A stretch of DNA of 63,047 bases, counting the filler, from Dicyema japonicum (taxonomy: Eukaryota; Animalia; Dicyemida), in NCBI GenBank assembly GCA_011109175.1. It is 5 parts of 5 records of this genome, joined end to end, with 100 filler letters (N's around TTAATTAATTAA, not from the genome) between each part and the next. Parts side by side here need not be neighbours in the genome. Positions count along the whole stretch, not along the records: positions 32,111 to 48,227 come from RDEW01000143.1; positions 48,328 to 61,521 come from RDEW01000046.1; 3 more parts are not named here. One strand, 5' to 3'. The position numbers were made by a program, and so were the translations under genes. Positions 46,851 to 61,521 of the stretch are shown one piece after another. How positions within the stretch are numbered: position 1 is the first letter of the stretch; each line of letters opens with the position of its first letter. The notes under the pieces were generated by a model that had not been told where the DNA came from, ran no database searches, and saw only the letters and a program-made list of their open reading frames with translations.

Positions 46851-47678
46851 GGCCGATACCGTTGAATTAAATTATTTTGTTGTAGATTCTCTTGTGTTTT
46901 ATTTTATGTGTGTTGGTCATACCATTATGGATGAATAGTGGTGATCATATCCACGTGTGTATAGACCTCAGAGGCTTTCTCTCTTGGCCCCTCTATGGAA
47001 ACAGGAATAGTCTTCTCTAAACTAGAGTACTCAAATTGTTCAATTGCCTTCTGGTGGTAACAAATCAGATTATGAATTCATGCTTAGACGACGGAGGACT
47101 ATATTTAGTTTATTTTCATAAACCACATTTTCGTGACATATTCTAACAGCAGCAGGGCAGAAATTAAAATATTCAAAAAGCGGAAATAAAAAAAATACTT
47201 TTCAACAATAACTTAACGTTTTTTGTTAAAACGCCAATATTTTATAACTTTTAATAATTTATTAGTTATATTTTTATAAAATTGTTTAAATTGAAATATC
47301 GCGCTCTGATAATAGTAAAGGTTGTTGGGTCGTTTTGACGAGTAGAATTTAATGGGAGATTCTTTCGAAGGCTTCAAGTTTAATCTAGAAGCTGATTATT
47401 TGTCTTCTCAGAAGGAATTCATGGAACTCATGAATAAAATAGACATTTATAATATTCCTCTGTTTTGTCTTGGTAGAGTACAAAATATTCCAATTTAAAC
47501 ATATTTTCAATATCGACAAAATCATCAGTGTAATAATCTATAATTTTTGAATCTGAAAATCCGACCAAAGATACTGGCCGATTACAAGAGGGGTTAAACT
47601 CCAAAGAAGTCGAAAAGTCAAATTCCACTCAGAATTAGTACAATTTGTGAAGTTTGTGTCTTTTTTGGATTATTTTTG

Positions 47679-48227
47679 CAATAATAATGTTATTGGTCTA
47701 AGCTTCATATCGTAGATTAAATTCATTATATAATTGTATAGGCGTCGTAGTGTGATTCCCGATTGATATAATCTTGGNATAGGACTAAGCTTCATCTCGT
47801 TGATTAAATTCTTTATATAATTGTATAGGCGTCGTAGTGTGATTCCCGATTGATAAAATCTTTGCAATAGTAACTAGTAAATTTACATTTTCACTAAAAT
47901 TCAAATTGTTATACTAATCTGCATTTTTTGCAATAATAATGTTATTTGACTAAGCTTCATATCGTAGATTAAATTCAATATATAATTGTATAGGCGTCGT
48001 AGTGTGATTCCCGATTGATAAAATCTTGGCATTTAGTAACTAGTAAATTTGTATTTTCAGTAGAATTCAAATTGGTATACTAATCTGCATTTATTGCAAT
48101 AATAATGTTATATGTCTAAGCTTCATATCGTAGATTAAATTCATTATATAATTGTATAGGCGTCGTAGTGTGATTCCCGATTGATAAAATCTTGGCAATA
48201 GTAACTAGTAAATTTATATTTTCCCTA
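47679..48227. repeat. ~166-bp tandem repeat (about 3 diverged units) running into the contig end
   Basis: gcaataataatgtt at ~47679, ~47931 and ~48097; an extra 86-bp partial copy sits at a single N (47778). Confidence 0.85.
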
Positions 48228-49407
48228 NNNNNNNNNNNNNNNNNNNNNNNNNNNNNNNNNNNNNNNNNNNNTTAATTAATTAANNNNNNNNNNNNNNNNN
48301 NNNNNNNNNNNNNNNNNNNNNNNNNNNAGGGAATATCGCAGTAATTGATATTATTATTATTTTTTTAACAATGTCATTTATAATAAATTTGAAATTTAAA
48401 TTTGAAATTTGTTATAGTGGGTCTTAGATTTCACGTGAAACTTTGTTCAACAATTTTAAATTAATTACAGGTGAGATTAAGCGTTAGGTTTTAGACCGAA
48501 AATATACATGGGACATCAGACAAGTCAGAGATAACAGTGAGGTCATATTCAGAATGTAAAATGATCATTATTTTACGATCTCTATAATCCACGCATTGTA
48601 AATTAAACTGACGACTCCGATGTGTGATAGGTAATTGGCTTTCTGATTATCATTCTGCGAATAGAACTCAGCTTTTGAGAGTCAGGACTATACAGAAGAC
48701 GAAGAAATTCTGAATAATCAGGTAATAACGTTTAACATGATATTGAGAGGGTAACTCATAATTTTATTTATTTCTGATGCACTGAGAATAGAGTTAACAA
48801 TTTGATTGAAAAACCAGGACCTTCCACTTCACAAATGTTGTGGGGGATAGCAAATGATTCAGTAAGTGGCCCCCATATATTACTGCTTGCATGATGTTTT
48901 TCTGGAACAAAGATTAGGAAGGAAATGTCGATCATGTAATCAGGGGGAATCGAACCGAAGATAATTGTTAGTGGTGACGTTAACCAATTTGTGGAAAGAC
49001 ATAATAGTGAGAATATGAGAGAATTAAATTGCTTACTATAGCACGTTGTGGTCTAAGAATGTGAGCAGCAAACTTTCTGGATATATTGAGGGATGCATTG
49101 GGAACCCAAAGAAGGTGTCAACGGGAAATAGAACAAGCAATACTTAACCAGTTGATCGACTAGCAGAACAGAAATAATATGGCCATGTGTGGATAGACGT
49201 GAATAAATCTTTTGAATCAGTGGATACTTGCTAACTGTATAGGGTACTCGATGACCCTATAGGATTGAAAAAGCAACGTTTTGAAAAACCAAATGTCCTA
49301 GTTAATATTTAATGGAGTTAAAAGAGGATAAACAGTCTGGCAAGTACATGATTGAACTCGGGTAATTTGTTCAAAGCCATAAATGAATAAGTTTTATCCT
49401 TACATCG

Positions 49408-49850
49408 TTACTACATTGAACTCATGGATATCTAACCTTCCGAATTTGAACTTTTCCACCAAAACAAAAGGAAAGCTCTTGTAAAGGAACTGATTCATTT
49501 GAGGCCTAGAAACAAATAAAGACTCTACCTGTTGAGAGACGAAGTATTGTTCGAGGAAAGAAGTGATTCTGCGGGTCACAAAAAGAAAGAACGTATGTTC
49601 ACAATCATATAATTCATCCATCGAAGATACAAAGAACCCGCTGTTATGCATCTGGACTTTTGAAAGAGATCCAGGAGAAATCTTTAATCAACAAATATTT
49701 TTGTGTCTTATACAAAACTGAAATTTATTCTTCTACTATCTAGTCATTGTAATTCTGCTAGGAAATATGTCCACTTCTTGGCGGCAATGTGTGGTCGGCG
49801 ACTACTTTTGTAGACATAATGGAGTGGCTAAATGCATACATCTGTCTCTT
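49408..49850 (-). CDS. low-confidence small gene with tiny introns
   Basis: Clean 24-nt (gttctttctttttgtgacccgcag) and 23-nt (gtagagtctttatttgtttctag) GT-AG candidates keep the frame HTITSFLEQYFVSQQASNESVPLQELSFCFGGKVQIRK open; 5' exons ambiguous. Confidence 0.3.
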
Positions 49851-50329
49851 AAATATGGAATTAATAAGACTAGGGGACTCAAGACACTCTCNTGAGAATT
49901 TGATGATGTAAGCTATGCTGGTGATCAAGTTACTTTATAGTAGAAAATACCGAACGAACAGCATTTTTGTGACTGAAGAAGTTTCCCTCTAAGATAGACC
50001 CAGTCAATGTGTTGGAAATCGCATATCGAAGAAAGGGGGATATTAAAGGGAAAGTCGAATACTGTTTCTCATTATCATTAATATTTTACATTTATTCCCC
50101 AAAGAATGAAAAAGTCACTACAAAAACTGATCAATTATAACGCGGAGATTAAGAATGTAAACCTCTTCTTCACGGACTCGACTACTAACAACAGGGTTAA
50201 TAAGAAAAAGGAAAAATCAGCACCAACGGTAATTTTAAGAGAATCAAACCTCCTACCAATTCCCTTATTTATTAATCAATCAAAAAACCCGAAATACCTT
50301 AAATTGAGCACTTTTTGTCCCGTGGACGA

Positions 50330-50960
50330 TATTCTGATTATGGATACGTCAGGGAAGTCAACATTATTAGATAGAAGAATCAAGTTATTCATTGAGCAAG
50401 TGCAGGATTGGTGCTCCAAGAGAGGGATGAGACTCTCTACTGAGAAGTCCAGCTTCTTGAGGATTAGTTGCCTACGGAGACATCATACGCAGCCCTACTC
50501 ACTTGGTATTCCGAAAGTACATTCACTTCGCTACCTCGGGATAGTCATCGATCATGGAAGGTTCTTTTATGAAAGATATCAGACAAAGAAGGAAGAAGGC
50601 GTTAAAAGCGCTTCTATGTACAAGCAAGTTGTCCTTTAGCTTGGAGACCTTCTTGTTTATCTTTATGAGGATTATTCTACCAGAGTTAGTATACGAATCT
50701 GAAGAATGGTATTTCTCACGACAAAGGAATAGAATAATGTTACTTCTGGAAAAATCGAGAAGGTCAGCAATAAAGTTAGCCTTGGGGAAAAAGCTGCTTG
50801 ATGTCCTGAGTACAGAAGAGGACAGGATTCTCGCCTCAGTCAAGTACATTGTGGAGAAGAGGATTAATCGGATCCGACGCTTGAACTAAACTAAATTGAG
50901 ATGTGGTCCGTAGGAAGTGTCCAGACCGCATAGGTGGACTCGTTAAAAATACCCCTTAAA
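50330..50960 (+). mobile_element. LINE 3' fragment, same family as 45380-46850
   Basis: VQDWCSKRGMRLSTEKS, LRYLGIVID and LLLEKSRRSAIKLAL. Confidence 0.8.
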
Positions 50961-52404
50961 ACTAACTCCTAGTTACTGTTTCGAATAATATGTTTTCGGT
51001 GTGTCCCGTGGTCCATGAGTGACGTCACCAGTTCAGCCTTCTGAGCAAATAACCTGCCTGTCTAGTAAATGGCTTTCCATGTTCAATTATTTTGTGGATA
51101 ATAAATGTTTTCCACGTTCTAATTGTGGCTAGCTCGAGTAACTGATTCATTTTTGAAAAGATTTGTTAGTAACACAGAAACTGATTGCATGTGATTACAT
51201 CGGAATGGAGCATAGAATTGGAAAATGTCTTAATTCATAATGGTGACAAATATTGTATTCTTAGGTAGAAAATGATTTCACCCCCAATTTGTTTGGTTGA
51301 TTCCAGTAATCAATCTCTTTTCTTCCGCTATAGTAAATATAATATTCGGAATATAAGCTAACCAAAATCAGTGGAAGATGAGAGATAACTAACTTTTAAA
51401 TTTATTTAGAACCCCGGGATCACCTAGAAAGAAAGACAGAAATAACGTCAAACAGTTAGGTGCTTCCAGTTCCCGCATGTAGTCTTCCATTGTTCCTGAT
51501 ACCATGCAAAGGAGCCTTTACTCATTCCTGAAGAGTAATCCGATTGGGGAAGGGAACTTTTGTACCAATCGGTTTTCTTTTGCCTTGTGTATGAACAGGC
51601 GAAGCCGGTTTCCATCTTCCTCACAGAAACGAATCTGGATTCCTCCCGTCTCCAGTATGGTTATTGTCTGATCATCAATCGAAACTTTTCTAGTCTTTGT
51701 GGTAATCCTCAAAAAAACGAATCTGGATTCCTCCCGTCTCCAGTATGGTTATTGTCTGATCATCAATCGAAACTTTTCTAGTCTTTGTGGTAATATTCGT
51801 AAACACTTATAATCTAAAGGTGAAATTATCAGATAAATACTAGGATGAGGAATCTGTGAATTCAGATAGTCTGTCATCAAAGGAAGCTGAGTTTTACACT
51901 TATTTGTACGATGATGAATTCGACACCTTCTCCAAGTCTCAGACATTAGAGCACAAGTAAGTGATATTCTCTACTTAGAAATTACTTAAGTTGAAATAAA
52001 ATTGCCAAACGTTTATTTGAGGTATTAAGATTTATTATTTTAGGGATTTTACCGAAGATTGGATGCATTTCAGAATGATATACTCACAACCATAGAATAC
52101 GGCATTCAATTCTCACAGTCAGAATCGATGGTTGCTTGTTTTGTAAAGTTAGATGTATAACTATTCAATCAAACTAAGAAAATTCTACTATGATTGAAGA
52201 GACAAAATGACTGAGAAAGGGAAGGTGCAATGGTCTCCAGAATTGAAGAATACCGCCTCGAATGATTCGCTTTTTCTTCCAAAGACAGATTCTGAAATAG
52301 AATTAGTATTATTGCTTATATACTCCAGGACACATTGCAGTCTATAAGCCTTAATGGGGACTCATATTCTGTAGGGGATTACGTATATATCAGATTAAAG
52401 ATTA

Positions 52405-52599
52405 ATCTAATAAAAATTGATTTTGCCAGGTCCTCGACATCTTAGGTAAAAAAGTCATCTTTTTTAAATCTAATGAAAATTGATTTTGCCAGGTCCTCGA
52501 CATCTTAGGTAAAAAAGTCATCTTTTTTAAATCTTATAAAAATTGATTTTGCAAGGTCCTCGACATCTTTAGGTAAAAAAGTCATCTTTTTTAAATCTT
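52405..52599. repeat. 63-bp minisatellite, 3 copies; related single copy at ~59488-59545
   Basis: aaattgattttgc at 52414, 52477 and 52540. Confidence 0.9.
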
Positions 52600-53699
52600 G
52601 AGTAACATTATCCACCTTAGCCATCTGTCTTTGGCAACACCCAGTACCAGATAACACCAGAAGAGATCATTCGTTCTCACTCATTTAATTTCAGGAGCTA
52701 CACGTGAGATGAACCTTGTTTTCCTTGCCTAGAGAACAACACGTTTTTCACTTGTTTTATAGTAGTGAGGAAGTCAAATAAGAAATTAAATTATTTCAAT
52801 AAACAAACACAAAATTTATTAACAACGAAAAACTCTCAATAATTATCAGAAACTCTCAGATAAATTTTCCTGCTCGTCATCAGTGATGATTATATCCTTC
52901 AGAAAAAGAGAAGACAAGACTCCATCGATATATTCAACATTTGGTGGGTTGCAAATTTCCAAATCGTTGTTCACTTCTTCGATGAGTTTATCCAACGTAG
53001 AAAACTCCTCATCTAAAGTGTCCCAATGAGATTCTTGAAATAAAGGCCTATTGTCTATCATTTCTATGCTATTTTCGATTTTTGTCTTCCCAACAATATC
53101 CTTAACAGAGTCGTCTTCATTCTCGAAAGATGTTGGTTCACGTTGTTTGTCCTCAATATGTAATTTTTTTTTGAAATTTGTCTAAAAATCAACGATTTTA
53201 TCAAATTACAGTTAATTGTTGATCATTTCCGTAAGTGCCATCCATTTCACCAAAAAGATAGTAAATTGCGAAATTCTACTATTTAAGATAACAAAAATTA
53301 TTATGTATTATTATTATTATTTTTTGTTGAATAATAATTATTTAATTCATTATATAATAATTTATTTCGGTCAAGATATTGGGCGTAACTTAAATACAAA
53401 CATGCAACGTGCTTTCGATTCGGTGGCGTTAAAACTCTCTCGAGTTGGCAAAAATGTTAAAGGAAAAAATGAGAAGGGTCACTTCCGCTACCTGATGGTA
53501 TGAATGTGATTCTTGCCTTATCCGAGAGCGTTGTGGCAGATGACCCAAAAAATGGGCGAGGCAGGTAGTCCTGCAGATACGTAACAGGCTATCTCGAATG
53601 CCCTGGAATTGTTGGCCATACTTGGCGGTGCTCTGCAGTTGCAGATTCAGTACTGCTATATCTGTGAGTAAACTCAAGAAAATGGCTGTAGGCAAAGAG

Positions 53700-54130
53700 G
53701 GTACTGGTCTAAAGGGGCAGGACTAGGTGACCATAACTGTCAAAGAAGAACGAGCACCAGAGCTGTGATACGTTGCAGCTCAAGCATGTTTATGAGGTCT
53801 TCACGCGGAATCTCGCAGCTGCGGCAGATGTCCTTCTTGAGGACCGTAGATTTACTCGCAAGATTCCTCATTGTATGGTTAACGGTGTAGTGTTAACCTG
53901 CATCAATAAGGCTGTGGCTTATTGGTGGAGGCTAAGCCAGTAGGGTCACTGGGTGACATCTCATTAGTACTGAATGCAGCACAGATCACCTATGAGGAAT
54001 TGACGGACAAGCCCAGACCACCCAGTAAATGGAGGGAGCAGATCTGTGCCAAGATTGCTTAACAGACTGAGCTGGAAGCACTGGATGGGCACATAAGTAG
54101 TGTGGCGAGAGGGGTTAGAGGAAAAACACC
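53700..54130 (+). mobile_element. possible R4-like retroelement N-terminal remnant
   Basis: INKAVAY..GDISLVLNAAQITYEELT..SKWREQICAKI. Confidence 0.4.
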
Positions 54131-57100
54131 GCCTATAGTAGAGGGGCTAATTACTAAACCCCGTGTTCCCAAATGGGACCTCAAAGAGTTGAGGAGAGCA
54201 AAGATGGAGCTTGATTTACATACAGACAATGGAAAGGAATTTTAAAATTCATTAATGGAGGATTTATGATAATAGAGACTAATACAACCATACTAGAATA
54301 TGAAGAAGAAGCGTATTTTAGACAAGAGGACTAATATGTTATATGTCAAAAATCCAGGAGACTCGCTTATCTCCAGTTCTGCTAACTCTTGTTCTGGCCG
54401 ATCTCCGAACTATGGAATATGATAATGATTTTTACTCGCGTATACTGATAATATTAATATGGTCACAAGATCGGGACATCCAGGCGGACACAGAAAGAAT
54501 CAAGTTAACCTGAAAAGACTTAATGACTAGATAACAGAAATGAATGCTGAGAAGTCGTCTACTTTCCTTTTTTACTTTTGACAAGATTGGGAAGGAAGAC
54601 AGTCACCTTGAAAACTAAAACACCAATATTAATAGGTTTATGGCCATGGTTTTACTGAAATACCAATATTAATAAGTTTATGGCCATGGTTTTACTGAAA
54701 TACCAATATTAATAGGTTTATTTGTTTTCCGGAATGTCTATATGTTTTTTTACATCGTTAAAGTTATTTTTAGTATTTTGGTAAATTTAATCTATCGGAT
54801 CATTATATTATATTCATTAACAAATAAAAACGTATTAAATATGGATGCCAATGAGTAATCTATATTTTGATTATTTTTTTCATTTTTGAGAAAATATGAT
54901 TAACTTCCGCATTTATCAAAAGTGAATCTGCAAATTCAAATCTGAATGAAACATTATTGTAGAGCATTCGATTTTTATTTAAAACATAAATAAATAACTA
55001 TATTCTGATATATTGCATTTTTTCGATTGGTATTATTTTTTATTTATTTTTTCGTTTCAACACCTTCCTTGTCTAGGATAAAAATATTGAATTGTTAAAA
55101 ACAATAAAGTCAAAAACCTAATCAATCCTATTTTGGGATCTTTTTTTATGTGTAACATTTCATTATCTCAATTTTACTTTCTATGAAAACCGTGCTTTTT
55201 TCTCCTTCGTTAAGAATGAGTTTATATAGGTGAATTTTCTAATGCAAAATAAACGATGCAATATCGTAGAGCAACTTATGTCATTATCCTTGCTTACTAA
55301 TCATTTATGTGATGAGAAATAATTTTTTTGTTAACGCACTTGGCGTGGTTTAAAATCAATCAGATTTTCTTTATTTCTTTTAAATAATTTTTTAGATGGT
55401 ATAGCATAATTAATTCATTTGGGAATTTAGAAATTCTTCATTTAATGTCCTTTCTTAGATCTAGGTATGATCTTCCATTGAAAATATAGTAATCTCATCT
55501 AAGTTTAACTTTTATGTGATAAAATTAAGAGTTTTTTGATTTGAAAAATTCTACCATAAATATAAGAAAGAGCGGTTCATTCCCTGGGAATGTTAAAATA
55601 TCTAACTGAAAGTACGTTGAAATTCTCCTTAATTGACGTTTATTCTCTCGCAAAGAGAGCTCAGGGGCCTTTGAACATCCGATTTATTCTCTCCTCAATA
55701 GACTTGGTAATTTATCTCAGCAGGGTCAGGACGATTATGTAATTCAGAGTTTTTATATTTATTTTTTGCACATTTCATGACAGACACAAAAGACCCAACT
55801 ACCAGGATCTTTAGGAGGATCACTCATTCAGGTGCAGACAACTCTCGGCCGAATTCCACACGTTATTGATAAAGTCTCTCTTTATTCGCAGATCAGACAT
55901 GCACGCCGTAGCCCCTCTATACTTGTCAAGTCATAAAATCAATGGCATCTTACTTACACGACTCGAGGTCTATTCTCCTCATAATTGACGAGTACTGATA
56001 GAATTGAACATCGATGAGTCTGTTCAACGATTCGAGACAGATTACAAGAGCAGGGGTGGCATACTTTCTACTTAGTAACCTCAGCAATATTATCTTTGTT
56101 TTCGAACATTCCACAAGATTCAGTCATCAGTGGTCAGGTCCCACCTTGAGCAGATTAATCCCCGATCTATCCTTTACATGCTTTAACACGCTTCTCAGAG
56201 TGAAAAAAAATATCAACATCTTGCTAAGTACCAACGTTCCACTAGTTTTATTCAATTCTGCAATTAGACTCAAAAAGATTATTTTTTAAATTGCGAATAA
56301 CCTTGAGCCAAAAGTGTGGGATTTTTTCTAACATACCGAACTGGTATCATCTTCTTCAACTTTGGCCCTAGGAAACGGTAATTCAACTTTTCAAAATGTT
56401 TCTTCTCTAATAATTGTAACACCAGAGATCACGTTTACACACGAGACAGAGATCACTAATCACGTGATCACAGCACGCACTTGAAAAGATTTCATCTTCC
56501 GATGCTTTTCCCTGATTATTGTGAGAGGAAACACTGTTCAATTATAGATAGAAATATTAATTAATTTATTTTATTTGTTTTTAAAAATTGTTTTACAATA
56601 TGGCGAACCTACTGATACATTATTGGTTTATTTGGCGTGTAGTTTGACACGTTGTTGTGGTCCCTTTGTTTGTTTCACATTTATCGTCTTTTCCTGTTTA
56701 TTGTAATATATTTTCTTATATATTAGATTAATGGATAATCAAATAGTGTTGGAGACAGTTATCAAAATATTTAAAATATATATATATTTCGGTAACCTAT
56801 AAATATGGATTATTCTCCACTATTTGATTTTTCTATACTTATTGTGCAATTATTTTTTGGAATTTTATTGTAATATTTTGGAAAATGATCATTATTACGA
56901 AGATTATTTAGAAATAAATATTGTAGTTTTTGGATGAATCGTGCTTTTATTTGACCAAGCCATAGCTAAAGAGCAATCAATTTTTATTCAATCATTATTA
57001 TCAATTCGTAATTGATTGTGTAATTTGAAAAGCAATGTTTTGAATTATATAAACTCAATATGAATGACAGAAAAGAACGTCCATATTGACTTATCTATCA

Positions 57101-57809
57101 GGTTTTGAGTAAACTAACATTCAGATTTATTTACGTACAATTTGAATGGAAAATTGAGGCCTATACCTCCCTGAATGTTATCAAATTGCAACACGAAGGA
57201 TGTTTTAAGAGCATAGCTGAATGTAAAAATATATCCCAACCATTTCGAAACTAACAAAAATATACTGCCAAACCTCTGCAAAATATCAAGGATTCTGACG
57301 GACCAGGAAATTCCGTAATAATACCCAGTTATCGGAAACAGATCAATTCTATTTGCTTTACTTCATTGATTTGTGTTCTTGGCGAAACATTTTCATGTAT
57401 GACTTCAAATGAGCCTTTTTTTTATTTGGTCCGGTGACAAAATGAGTACATGAATCTTATTTCTGATTCATATTTTGTAGTTGATTTGCTAGTTTTAAAC
57501 TCACGTGCGATGTATCTTAGTGGGATTATTAATGGTAATTTTTAGAATTAAAGAGATTTCATATTTAAAATTCGAAATAAATGATAGTTTTTGCATCAAA
57601 TCAGGGTTCAGGAGGACAAGTTTCATATATCAGAAAAGGCTTATATCTTTGGTCCAGATCAATCATAAGTGCAATAAAGGTTGTTGACGAACTTTAATGC
57701 ACTAAATTTACTTATATCCGTTTGGCAGTTATAACCTTTTTTTCTCGCATGGATAGCATGACCAAATTAGAAGAACGTTTAATTTGCATCTTATGACTGA
57801 TGTTCTCTG

Positions 57810-58200
57810 ATACAACCTCTTGGACCTTCAGATTGGATTCTGGAAAATGCGATCCTGTGGTGATTGCCTTTGGAGGTTGAGCTATCAGATCTGCGACCAG
57901 AAGAAGATTAAGAAGTGTACAGTTGCACTATTTCTTGACGCGGAAAGGCCGTTCGACTCGAAGTGGCAAGACGGCCATCAATGCGCCCTACTGGAATCAG
58001 AAATTCCCATGAAGCTGAATTTCCAGCTTCGTAGCCTGTTGAGCTATCAGATCTGCGACCAGAAGAAGATTAAGAAGTGTACAGTTGCACTATTTCTTGA
58101 CGCGGAAAGGCCGTTCGACTCGAAGTGGCAAGACGGCCATCAATGCGCCCTACTGGAATCAGAAATTCCCATGAAGCTGAATTTCCAGCTTCGTAGCCTA
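57810..58200 (+). mobile_element. Jockey-like RT fragment with a ~160-bp exact tandem duplication
   Basis: QIGFWKMRSCGDCLWRL..TVALFLDAERPFDSKW; duplicated block starts at ~57877 and ~58037. Confidence 0.8.
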
Positions 58201-60309
58201 AACGACAATTACACCAAAATTAACCAACTAGGAGAATCGAAATCCTGTAACTTAACAATTTGGACTTTTTTAATATTTCACCACTAAAAGTAAATTGAAT
58301 AGAAACTTCGAATTTTCAGAGTTATGTGGTAAAAATTGATTCGACTTAACTGGTTTGATTTTCATGGCTGTGTTGGCTTCTAGTATATTGATTTCGACTA
58401 AACCATTATATTGAAGATTCGTGGGGGAAGCTATTTTCGCTACAGAGGATGAACTAATGTTCTCATCGTCGTTCACTTCCACTATGAAGTAGTTAATAGT
58501 TTTATACGTTTGGGAGTCGCTGCGTCAGGAAATTTTAAAATTGGCTTATATATTTTCGTGTTCAGTACTTTATTGGATGTATAACCTAACTAAGCAAAAT
58601 TTCATACGAGTTTCAGGAAATTCAGGAATATTAAAATAATCAGTGTCTTGCAAACTTTCCACGGTCTTGCTTTCCACTGGAAATCAAACATTGGATACTA
58701 CTTTTACTGTATTCATTGATGAACTTTTTGTTGGATTCGTTCGATAGCTTGGATAAGTTAAATAACTACCAGTGACACGAGCTTTGTTGATATTACCTTA
58801 TATTTTTCTTTAAATTTTGTTGTTCCTTGTCGTTTGTGGGTTGAATTCATTTGAAAACTATGGAAGTTTCGATATATATATAACGATTTTTATTTTTCAT
58901 TAATTACGGGAACATTCAAAATGGCCTCATTCAAAATTTTCTCTTTTCAAAATGGCCTCCAAATAATTTTTAAGTTTTGGACAAGTTCAACAATAAAGAT
59001 CATTAGATATTTATTATTATTAACCCCCGGCTTATCATTGTAAGCCCAGCACAAACAGTCATAACTAACTAATCCAAGGAAGGAACCNTTCATTTGAAAA
59101 CTATGGAAGTTTCGATATATATATAACGATTTTTATTTTTCATTAATTACGGGAACATTCAAAATGGCCTCCATTTAAAATTTTCTCTTTTCAAAATGGC
59201 CTCCAAATAATTTTTAAGTTTTGGACAAGTTCAACAATAAAGATCATTAGATATTTATTATTATTAACCCCCGGCTTATCATTGTAAGCCCAGCACAAAC
59301 TGTCATAACTAACTAATCCAAGGAAGGAACCAAAGGGAGAACATCTGCTTGTGTCGACCAAATCCATCTTCCAATACTTCATTACAGCCTTCCGAAGAGA
59401 GGTGCGGAACTAGGTCCGCCCTCTTCCATTTTTGTCCCACGTCAGATCGTTCAGCCAGAATAGATTTTTTTACAATGTGATTGACAACTTTAGGTAAAAA
59501 AGGCAACTTTTTTTAATCTTATAAAAATTGATTTTGATGGGTCCTATGAATAAGTGGAACATTTTACCAAAGTTCTCCAAATTTGTAGAAGAACAAATGT
59601 TTCTTAATATGGATCCGACAGAACATATATTCAATTTAATAGAATATGTATTCTATTAACATTTTTTTAATTAAAGATTATTTCTTTAACGAATGGTCAT
59701 ATAGCGGCTGTTCTGACTGGTTAGCTATTCCCTTTCAGGATGACGAGCAATCGATAATTAATTTCATATGTCTTTACTTTCATAGAACAAACTATTACAA
59801 TTTTTATCAATATTTTAACAAATGGATCAAAAACCTATTTAGTAGTGCAATATGAAAAACAATTGTTTTTGTGTCTTTACTGTTGGGTTCAAAAACTAAC
59901 TCAAATACTGTTTCTCCCCAATGTGAAACTCCTAGCTGGGTTTCAACACGTCACTCAATTTCGTATAAANCAACTCCTAGCTGGGTTTCAACACGTCACT
60001 CAATTTCGTATAAAAATTACATTTAAAAAACTCAGTTTTAAAGAATGTAACAAATTTAATCCAATTGAACAGTAGAATTGGAAAACAAAGATCATGTTTT
60101 TGAGAGATCACCTATGAATACATATCATACTGTATTTTCAACAATCTAAGAAATCTTACCTTTCCACTTTATAAATTAAAAAATCGCAATCACACTAAAC
60201 TATCTCTTCAGAAAAGAGGGAAAAGGCTTAAGGGAAAAAATACAGTGCTAATAAGCAGTTCACGTAGGACAAGTGGTAGGATAAATAAAAGGTTTTTGTT
60301 ATTTTCGAA

Positions 60310-60400
60310 TCGTTGATGACGGCGTCACTTGTAAATCCCATAAGCATCTAGATGCGTGGAATCTTAAACGGGAATTGACAGAACAAGATTCCAACCCTGA
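60310..60400 (-). mobile_element. diverged SINE remnant
   Basis: tgatgacggcgtcact..agatgcgtggaa shared with 44655-44710. Confidence 0.6.
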
Positions 60401-61199
60401 ATATTCAGGATTTGTAATTGTTCATTTTAATAACATCAACCTCTTTTACACACCTTGATTGTTAACTCTAAATGAGTGAGTTCTTTCAAATATTTCAAAA
60501 CTTTTTTATGCTTATTTCGTAAAACAACAGATTAAAGTTACTCTTGGATGTTTAATTAATAAACTTTGTGACAGGTAAATTTACTCTTAATAGACAATAT
60601 CCAAGAGTGTATTTGACATTTTCGTATTACGGAACTTTATATATCTAATGTCTTACAAAATTTATCATTTCTGTTATGCACATGAGAAGAATAGCAACGA
60701 TAAGTTCCATCAATCTTTAAAAAATATCGGAGGTACGTTTCCACATCAACTTTTGACGACTAACAAAATACCTCAACTGGCCAAAATAAAACTAATATTA
60801 ATTTTGGTAGTGGAGAGTTAGAAACTAAAGTTAATAAATCGTGAAATAATAGTAAATTTAAATGCAGTCAGAAATAAATACTAATAAACATTATTTTAAA
60901 ATAAAACGACTTAAAGGAAGACTCAGAACTATTTCTGAGAGTCTCTTGTATTTTGACTCTGGAGAAGAATCTTTTCTTTCTAAAAAACTTTCCCAAATTT
61001 CGATCAGGCACAGCCTTTTTGCTTTTAGTAATCTTCTTTGTAGGATATTTTCTTACAACATGTTTAACAACACCACAACCACGTTTATTAAAAGGAATTC
61101 TTAAAGTAGGCCCATATTGCATTTCTGCAGTTTACAAGACAGCTTCGAATAATTTCCAGTTGTTAGACAACTAGATATAATTAAATTATTAATTTTTAA

Positions 61200-61325
61200 G
61201 GTAAAAAATTAATTAACAATAAAATATTATTTATTAGCTATATCAGCGGCTGCTGACATTACGGAGTAAGCGTTTCCGCGGACAACTGCGATCCCAATTC
61301 TTTGCCTCAGCCAGACCGCTTCCCG
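61200..61325 (-). mobile_element. extremely 5'-truncated CRE-type 3' end
   Basis: EAVWLRQRIGIAVVRGNAYSVMSAA; close nucleotide match to 285-350. Confidence 0.8.
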
Positions 61326-61479
61326 TAAAAAAATAATTTATATTGTTTTATAAATTAATATTAATTTATATTATAATGTTTTATAAAATAACCTAAATAA
61401 ATAAATAATAACCTATAATGACCCCACAGTATCAAGCCATTGGATTTCTGCCGTTTTCTCCAAGTATGCTCTCTCAACA

Positions 61480-61521
61480 TTAGTAATGATCGCAGGAGAT
61501 TTAAATGCGAAAGCTGGCACC
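61480..61521 (+). mobile_element. LINE endonuclease remnant at contig end
   Basis: LVMIAGDLNAKAG. Confidence 0.5.

Noticed and set aside
48930-49000. tRNA-like B boxes (minus strand here, ~15200 plus, ~62080 minus)
   Set aside because: No cloverleaf can be formed; at most SINE or tRNA debris, so no tRNA gene is called
58848-59330. Near-identical direct duplications separated by one N (also 42322-42625, 47700-47860 and 59925-60013)
   Set aside because: A single N at the junction is typical of unmerged overlapping contigs or haplotypes; probably assembly artefacts. The N-free exact duplications at 6355, ~51627, ~54625 and 57877 may be artefacts too.
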